Positions 58,121 through 64,000 of a stretch of DNA of 64,000 nucleotides are shown in pieces (position 1 is the stretch's first letter; each line of letters begins with the position of its first letter). The notes beneath the pieces were generated by a model. It was not told the origin of the DNA. It saw only the letters and a list, made by a program, of their open reading frames with translations, and did not search any database. Made by a program: the position numbers and the translations under genes. Source of the stretch: Polyangiales bacterium (lineage in GTDB: Bacteria; Myxococcota_A; Polyangia; Polyangiales; Houyiibacteriaceae); assembly GCA_045106895.1 (NCBI GenBank), contig JBGCFM010000010.1:18115-82114 (forward strand), written 5' to 3'.

Positions 58121-61100
58121 ATGGCCAAAGCCAATTTCAGCCGACCTAAGCCAACAAGCGCGATGGGGGCTTGCATTAGCGCATGTCTACTCGTCCTGAG
58201 CGGGTGCTCTTTTCAAACCGAAGAGGTCGGTGCCACGGAGGGTGCGGTTCGAAACGGTTATACGCACGGCAGTCGACTCGCCCGCGAGGTTAAGGACCTC
58301 GCCATTGCCAACGACGTCACGCCGATTCCCCCAGCCCCCGAGGTGCGCGACGAGCTCTTCGTTTTGGGCCAGGCGCTCATCTTCGACAAAGAGCTCAGCG
58401 GCGACCGCAACATCTCGTGCATGACCTGCCACTTTTCCACCCTCGACACGGTCGATGACCGGCACCTATCGAGTGGCATTCGAGGTCTCGGACTCGGTGA
58501 AGACCGCGTCGGCGGCAACATTCACCCACGAAACACGCAGCCTCTCTTCAACCTCCACACCCTCGACCGCCTCTTTTGGGACGGTCGCGTGGAAGTCGAC
58601 GAGAGCGGCAACCTCAGCACTCCCGCCGCCCCTGGCGAGATCACGCCCGAGATGGAGGCGGTGTTTGAGTTCGGTGTGGTCTCCGCCCAGGCGATGTTCC
58701 CAGCGATCCAGCGCAACGAAATGCGCGGTCATCGCTTCACGAACGGGCCCAACCCCAACGAAATGGCGGGAGACCTCGAGCGCCCCGAGCTTTGGGCAGC
58801 GATGATGGCGCGCCTCGGAGAGTTCCCCGAATACCGCGCGCTCTTCGAAGCCGCCTATCCTGGAACCGACTTCGATGACATGACCTTCGCCCACGCCGCA
58901 AATGCGATGGCGGGCTTCGAGATCCGCGCCTTTGAATCTCGCGGAAGCCGTTTCCAGCAGTTCCTCGAAGGCGACCTGAACGCCCTCACGCGTCGAGAAC
59001 TCCGCGGCGCCCGCGAGTTCTTCGAGAGCGGCTGCGCGGATTGCCACAGCGGCCCGAACCTCTCCGACATGGACATGCACAACACGGGTCTCGCCCAGTT
59101 CGGTCCCGGAACGGGCGACGGTCTGTACGAGAACGACGACTTCGGACGTGCGGGTGTCGAAGGGCCCCTCGCGCGAGGCGGCTTCCAAGAGTCTATCCGA
59201 GATCGCTTCAAGAGAGATGGGCTCGGCGCTCCACCGCCACACACGGGCCTTCCTGGTGACAACCCCTTGCAGCTCTACGCGTTTCGTACGCCTCCTCTAA
59301 CCAACGTCACCCTTACTGGGCCGTGGGGACATCTCGGTCAGTTCACAGACCTCGGCGAGTTCATCGAGCACTACGACCAGCCCGCCGAGCAGCTCACGAA
59401 CTACAACCTGGTCGACCACATTTTGCCAAGTGAGTTCCCGCTTCTCGACGTCGTCTACCCCAACACCAACGATGTTCTCCCGCGTATCGACCCACGAACC
59501 CACGTACCCATCGAAAACATGCGCAACATGCTCGCGTTCATGGAGTCCCTCACCGATGACGCAGCTCGCGACCTGTCGTGGACTGTTCCTGACAGCGTGC
59601 CCAGCGGCCTGCCCCTCACGGAGGAAGCGCCAGCGGACATCGGCGTCGCCGAAGGCACAGTCAGCTTCGCGAACCTGGCAGAAGATCCATCCAATGGGTT
59701 GAGCGACTACCGCCGCGTTCCATCGGAACGCGCTGCCATCGCCGAAGCGTTCCAAGCCGCCTCCATTCTCAACCCTCAGCCGTTCCCCGCAGTCTTCGAC
59801 ACACCACTTCGCTGGCGTGGCGCTCCCGGACTCGCGATCTTCGACTTTGATGGCGACGGCGACGAGGACGTGTACGCGACAAACGGCCCCGGCGAACCCA
59901 ACAGTTTGCTGGTCAACCAGCTCGCGCAGTGTGGACAGACCCGCTTCGAGGACGGCGCCGCAGCAGCAGGCGTCGAGGCCATGGGCGACGACACTGACAG
60001 CACCGGCGTTTGCTACGGCGACATCGACAACGACGGTGACGCCGACATGTTTGTCGTGGCGCATGAAGGCCCGTCTCACTTCTTCCGAAACAACGGCGAC
60101 GGAACCTTCGAAGACATCAGCGCTGCAAGCGGAGCAGCAACCGACGGCATCGGCGGAACCTCCTGCGCATTCGGTGATATCGACAACGACGGTCTCATCG
60201 ACCTCGCAGTGGTTCGCGCCTGGAGTCAGGACAACAATCGAGCGTGTTTCCTGGAGCCTTTCAGCACGGACATCCAGCACAACGAGCTCTTCCACAACGA
60301 GGGTGGCGGTGTCTTCACCGACATCTCCGACGTAAGCGGCTTCCGGAACCTTGGCGGCCTGCCTCCCTTCGCCGCTGGCGCCGCGAGCATCACTTGGGCC
60401 GTTAGCCTCGTCGACTACGACCTCGACGGCGACGTCGACATCTTCACCGCGGACGATCAGTGTGCGCTGCCTACTGGCGACTTTGTCTTCCCTGATGGAA
60501 GCACGGGCCTCGACCGCGGGTTCCTCCAGATCTTCGAGAACGATGGCACCGGCAACTTCACGAACCGAACCGTGGAAGCGGGCACGAACGTCGCGTCCGC
60601 GTGGATGGGTCTGAGCTTCGGCGACTTCAACTCCGACGGTCACCTCGACTTCTTCTCCCCGTCCTTCGGCGACTGGGGCAAGCTCTTCGCAGGCGCGCCC
60701 GTCATCCTCGGTTCGGAGACCGCCCGCTGGCTCCTTGGTAATGCCGATGGGACCTTCACCGACCCCGGCGTCGGCGACCTTCGTCATATGCCCTTCGGAT
60801 GGGGCACGAGTGCTCGAGATTTCGACAACGACGGTGACACGGACATCACCTTCCACGGCGGCATGGATCTGTATTTCCACGTCGACCGCAGCAACCCTGG
60901 TTCGATGCTCCTCAACGACGGCGGCGCCAACTTTGGCCTCGACCGTCAGGCCTTCGACCAGAACCACACGCGCCGCAACGACTCAGGTGTCGCAGCTGGT
61001 GACCTCAACGGAGACGGGTTCACGGACTTGGTCACGGTCTCGAACTTTGATGTCCCCGTCGCGATCCCGCTCATGCAGTACGGCGGCGTATCGAACATCG

Positions 61101-61708
61101 GGTTCTACTCCGCCTTTGACCCAACGGCCTACCTCGTTCCGACGATGGAGCTCATCGAGATCGGCCCTGAGTCGGCAGCGACGAAGAATGACCGACGCTT
61201 CTCGTACCAGCCTGAGTTCGAGTACGACAATGGCACCCTCGCCGTCGAGATCAGTAGTGGAGACAATGGAAACGGCTGGGCTTCGATTCGTGCCCTCGGG
61301 ACCGTCGGCATCACCACAGACGGCGTCGTGAACCGTGACGGCATCGGTGCGATGATGTGGTTCACCCCGCGCAATGGCTCAACGGTCATGGCCCCGGTTC
61401 TCGGCGGCTCATCGCACGAATCCCAAGATAGCCTCACACAAGGGTTCGGACTCGGCGACGCACGGCGCGGCACGCTCGAGATTCTCTGGCCCGGCGGACA
61501 CCGCAATCGTTTGTATAACGTCCGCCATGGAGATGTTCTTCAAGTGCCCGAGATCCCGTGCAGCTTCGACACCGACGCGAGCCGCTCGGAGTATCGGACA
61601 TGCGTGGACGACAGCCTTGATGAGCTCCGAGCAGCCGGGGTCATCCGGCGCCGTTTTGCAAACTCGCTGCGTCAAAGCGCCATGCGAGCGTACAGAGACT
61701 CTCACTAA
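58121..61708 (+). CDS. Di-heme cytochrome c peroxidase/MauG-family domain fused to CRTAC1/ASPIC-UnbV FG-GAP domain; lipoprotein
   Basis: CMTCH and CADCH, RNTQ, LFWDGR, FRTPPL.NV..TGPWGH; DFDGDGD/DIDNDG repeats, NRDGIGA, FGLG, I.WPGG. Confidence 0.9.
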   Translation: MAKANFSRPKPTSAMGACISACLLVLSGCSFQTEEVGATEGAVRNGYTHGSRLAREVKDLAIANDVTPIPPAPEVRDELFVLGQALIFDKELSGDRNISCMTCHFSTLDTVDDRHLSSGIRGLGLGEDRVGGNIHPRNTQPLFNLHTLDRLFWDGRVEVDESGNLSTPAAPGEITPEMEAVFEFGVVSAQAMFPAIQRNEMRGHRFTNGPNPNEMAGDLERPELWAAMMARLGEFPEYRALFEAAYPGTDFDDMTFAHAANAMAGFEIRAFESRGSRFQQFLEGDLNALTRRELRGAREFFESGCADCHSGPNLSDMDMHNTGLAQFGPGTGDGLYENDDFGRAGVEGPLARGGFQESIRDRFKRDGLGAPPPHTGLPGDNPLQLYAFRTPPLTNVTLTGPWGHLGQFTDLGEFIEHYDQPAEQLTNYNLVDHILPSEFPLLDVVYPNTNDVLPRIDPRTHVPIENMRNMLAFMESLTDDAARDLSWTVPDSVPSGLPLTEEAPADIGVAEGTVSFANLAEDPSNGLSDYRRVPSERAAIAEAFQAASILNPQPFPAVFDTPLRWRGAPGLAIFDFDGDGDEDVYATNGPGEPNSLLVNQLAQCGQTRFEDGAAAAGVEAMGDDTDSTGVCYGDIDNDGDADMFVVAHEGPSHFFRNNGDGTFEDISAASGAATDGIGGTSCAFGDIDNDGLIDLAVVRAWSQDNNRACFLEPFSTDIQHNELFHNEGGGVFTDISDVSGFRNLGGLPPFAAGAASITWAVSLVDYDLDGDVDIFTADDQCALPTGDFVFPDGSTGLDRGFLQIFENDGTGNFTNRTVEAGTNVASAWMGLSFGDFNSDGHLDFFSPSFGDWGKLFAGAPVILGSETARWLLGNADGTFTDPGVGDLRHMPFGWGTSARDFDNDGDTDITFHGGMDLYFHVDRSNPGSMLLNDGGANFGLDRQAFDQNHTRRNDSGVAAGDLNGDGFTDLVTVSNFDVPVAIPLMQYGGVSNIGFYSAFDPTAYLVPTMELIEIGPESAATKNDRRFSYQPEFEYDNGTLAVEISSGDNGNGWASIRALGTVGITTDGVVNRDGIGAMMWFTPRNGSTVMAPVLGGSSHESQDSLTQGFGLGDARRGTLEILWPGGHRNRLYNVRHGDVLQVPEIPCSFDTDASRSEYRTCVDDSLDELRAAGVIRRRFANSLRQSAMRAYRDSH

Positions 61709-61721
61709 GAGTGGAGAGCAA

Positions 61722-61747
61722 GGCACCCTCCTGGTACGGAGGGTGTC
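61722..61747 (+). terminator. Hairpin after the di-heme fusion gene
   Basis: GGCACCCTCC...GGAGGGTGTC stem. Confidence 0.45.
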
Positions 61748-61816
61748 CAACTTCGGTCCCGGCTTTTGGACAATTCCACTTGCTGATTCCCGGCGGGGAC
61801 TAAAAGTAGAGGCCGA

Positions 61817-62305
61817 ATGTTGAAGATTGAAGTCATCGACCATGAACACGCCGTCGCGACCGGTGACTCAAGCATGCTCTGCCTCTGGCGAGGTCAAACG
61901 ACTCATCAGGCTGTCATTGAGCTGCATTCGATCTCTGCATCTCTCGCCAAACGCACGCCAAACAAGGTTGGTCACCTGACCGTCGTCGAGCAGGGCGCCG
62001 CGATGCCAAGCAGCGTCGTGCGTGATGAACTCGCCAAAGTTCTCCGTGGCGTCGCGACCTCTGTCGCGTGCTCGGCGCTGGTTTTTGAGGGCGGCGGCTT
62101 TCTCGCCGCCACTGTCCGGGCCATCACCACGACGCTCAATCAAGTCGCACGACAGCCTTTTCCCCACCGAGTTTTTGCCACCGTGGACGAAGCCACCGCC
62201 TGGATGGGCTCGTTGTCTCCCCAGCTGAAGCAGGACCACCTACAGAACGAGATGTTGCAGCTTAGGCGTGCACTCGATTTGCAAACCGAGTCGTCAGCTT
62301 CGTAG
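61817..62305 (+). CDS. Hypothetical protein (STAS/SEC14-like fold)
   Basis: ALVFEGGGF.AATVR and VFATVDEA.AW motifs. Confidence 0.6.
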   Translation: MLKIEVIDHEHAVATGDSSMLCLWRGQTTHQAVIELHSISASLAKRTPNKVGHLTVVEQGAAMPSSVVRDELAKVLRGVATSVACSALVFEGGGFLAATVRAITTTLNQVARQPFPHRVFATVDEATAWMGSLSPQLKQDHLQNEMLQLRRALDLQTESSAS

Positions 62306-62426
62306 ACGTATCGCGATTTTCGCCGATTGGGCGCTTTTTCTCAACTTCCCCCTAGGCAGGTTCCGGCGCCTGCTTTAGCCTCCGGCCTGTTCGAGTCCAC
62401 AGACTGACGGACAAAAGGGGACAGAG

Positions 62427-62837
62427 ATGCGAACGCGCGAAGATATCGAATCGTACCTGATGCGATCCAACCTCTCTTTCAAAGCCGTCGGTGACGGTGA
62501 GGATATTTGGCTGGTCCGCGACACGAGCTCCGGCGAGAACGTCGTGGTCTCGTTGACAGGGCCCTTGGTCTTGTTCCGAGTGCGCGTAATGGAGCTCGAT
62601 GCCGTCGAGGCGCGGGAAGGGCTCTTCGAGAAGCTCTTGGTCCTCAACGCCGAAGAAATGGTTCATGGCGCCTACGGGATAGAGCAGAATCACATCGTGC
62701 TCACCGCTGGCCTCGCCATTGAGAACCTTGATTACAATGAATTCCAAGGCGTCGTTGATGACATCACCTTGGCCCTAACCAACCACTACGAGACCCTCGC
62801 CGCATTCCGCACTAGCGGAGCTGCAGGCGCCGAGTAA
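62427..62837 (+). CDS. YbjN/CesT-like (T3SS chaperone-fold) protein
   Basis: LFEKLLVLNA..VHGAYG, ENLD.NEF. Confidence 0.75.
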   Translation: MRTREDIESYLMRSNLSFKAVGDGEDIWLVRDTSSGENVVVSLTGPLVLFRVRVMELDAVEAREGLFEKLLVLNAEEMVHGAYGIEQNHIVLTAGLAIENLDYNEFQGVVDDITLALTNHYETLAAFRTSGAAGAE

Positions 62838-62871
62838 CTCCGCTACGCTAGAAACGAAGAAGGACTGAAGC

Positions 62872-63669
62872 ATGGGTTTTTTCGGCCGCCTCGCCACGCT
62901 CATCAAGAGCAACCTCAACGACCTGATCAGCAAATCGGAAGATCCCGAGAAGATGCTGAATCAGATTATCGTGGATATGAACACGCAGCTGGTGGAGGCG
63001 AAGAAGCAAGTCGCCAGAGCCATCGCTGACGAAAAACGCCTGCAAAAGCAGCACAAAGCGGAAAAGAACGTCGCCGCCGAGTGGGAGAAGAAGGCCATGA
63101 TGGCCATCCGCGCAGGCGATGAGAACCTCGCCAAGGAGGCCCTCCTTCGGAAGAAGGAGCATGACTCTCTAGAGCAGGCGTATGGCGACCAGTGGCAGAA
63201 GCAAAAACAAGCGACTGACCAGCTGAAAACCGCGCTTCGAGCCCTGAACAACAAGATCGAAGAAGCCAAGCGTAAGAAGAACGTTCTTATCGCCCGCAAG
63301 CGTCGCGCCGAAGCGATGAAGAGCATCCAAGAGACAATGAGCGGTCTCTCGGACACCAGCGCCTTCGAGACATTCGACCGAATGTCGCAGAAGATCGACC
63401 AGATCGAATCTGAAGCCGAGGCGGGAGCAGAGCTCGCGGAAGAGTACTCAGGCGATGTTCTAGCGAACAAGTTCCGCGACCTCGAGATGACCGCTGGTGC
63501 TGATGACGACCTTGAGGCGCTCAAGCGCAAGATGGGTCTCATCGAAGAAGAGGCGCCTCCCGTGGCTACTCGCGTCGATGCCGAAGAAGAAGACGACATG
63601 TCTGAAGAAGAGATGGCGGAACTCGAGGAAGCTCTCGATGCCCTAAAGTCGCGCGAACTCGGCGCCTAG
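62872..63669 (+). CDS. pspA: PspA/IM30 family protein
   Basis: MGFFGR, EDPEKML.Q, GDE.LAKEAL, FDRM..KI; coiled coil. Confidence 0.95.
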   Translation: MGFFGRLATLIKSNLNDLISKSEDPEKMLNQIIVDMNTQLVEAKKQVARAIADEKRLQKQHKAEKNVAAEWEKKAMMAIRAGDENLAKEALLRKKEHDSLEQAYGDQWQKQKQATDQLKTALRALNNKIEEAKRKKNVLIARKRRAEAMKSIQETMSGLSDTSAFETFDRMSQKIDQIESEAEAGAELAEEYSGDVLANKFRDLEMTAGADDDLEALKRKMGLIEEEAPPVATRVDAEEEDDMSEEEMAELEEALDALKSRELGA

Positions 63670-64000
63670 AACCGCTTTTCAACTGATCGGATGAAGCCCG
63701 CTGCACGTTCGTGTAGTGGGCTTTGCCAATTGGTCCTTGGATCATCTGCGCGAAATTTGAGAAAGCGCTGACCCCATTCGTGCTCTTGTGCGCCACATTT
63801 GGCACCAAGCGAGCAATCTTGGATCTTTCGACCAAGCGAGCTTGCCTCCCCCCTTCCCAATGCTAGACATCGCCTCCCGCAGGGAACTGCCCTCGGGAGT
63901 TTTGACAACCCAAGAGTGATTTTGTGAGGCGTGAAGCGCGCCCTAAAAGAACGCGCTTCGAACTTCGAAACTTCTTCAACGAAGACAAAAGAATCTCTTG

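Noticed and set aside
1..64000. tRNA, rRNA, CRISPR, prophage, transposase or defence systems
   Set aside because: No recognisable signatures by eye. The single TerB-family gene is not part of a ter cluster. A covariance-model search was not possible.

Overview
This is a GC-rich, gene-dense chromosomal window that most likely comes from a myxobacterium (Myxococcota, Polyangiales/Sandaracinaceae-like). That placement is inferred from a MYXO-CTERM sorting signal, many Cys/Gly-rich lipoproteins, an FHA-sigma54 activator and several Ser/Thr kinases. I can support about 55 CDS, including prfC, pspA, mscS, a MoaD-MoaE fusion, an acyl-CoA carboxylase pair, an RpoD paralog, an iodotyrosine deiodinase-like enzyme and an orphan radical SAM protein. 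I saw no rRNA, tRNA, CRISPR array, integrase or transposase. The most notable observations are: (1) a full-length bacterial homolog of the eukaryotic protein-histidine methyltransferase METTL9/DREV in a translationally coupled operon with a Kelch lipoprotein and a metallophosphoesterase; (2) a 1195-aa lipoprotein fusing a MauG-type di-heme domain to a CRTAC1/FG-GAP propeller; (3) a signalling island of FHA activator, adenylate cyclase, kinase and pseudokinase-kinase-receiver; (4) a window-wide leaderless-promoter signature (TAnnnT 5-8 nt before start codons); (5) sigma54 and ECF42-like promoters and two perfect palindromic operators. Family assignments come from motif recognition by eye, with no database searches. 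Several start codons were moved relative to the ORF track.
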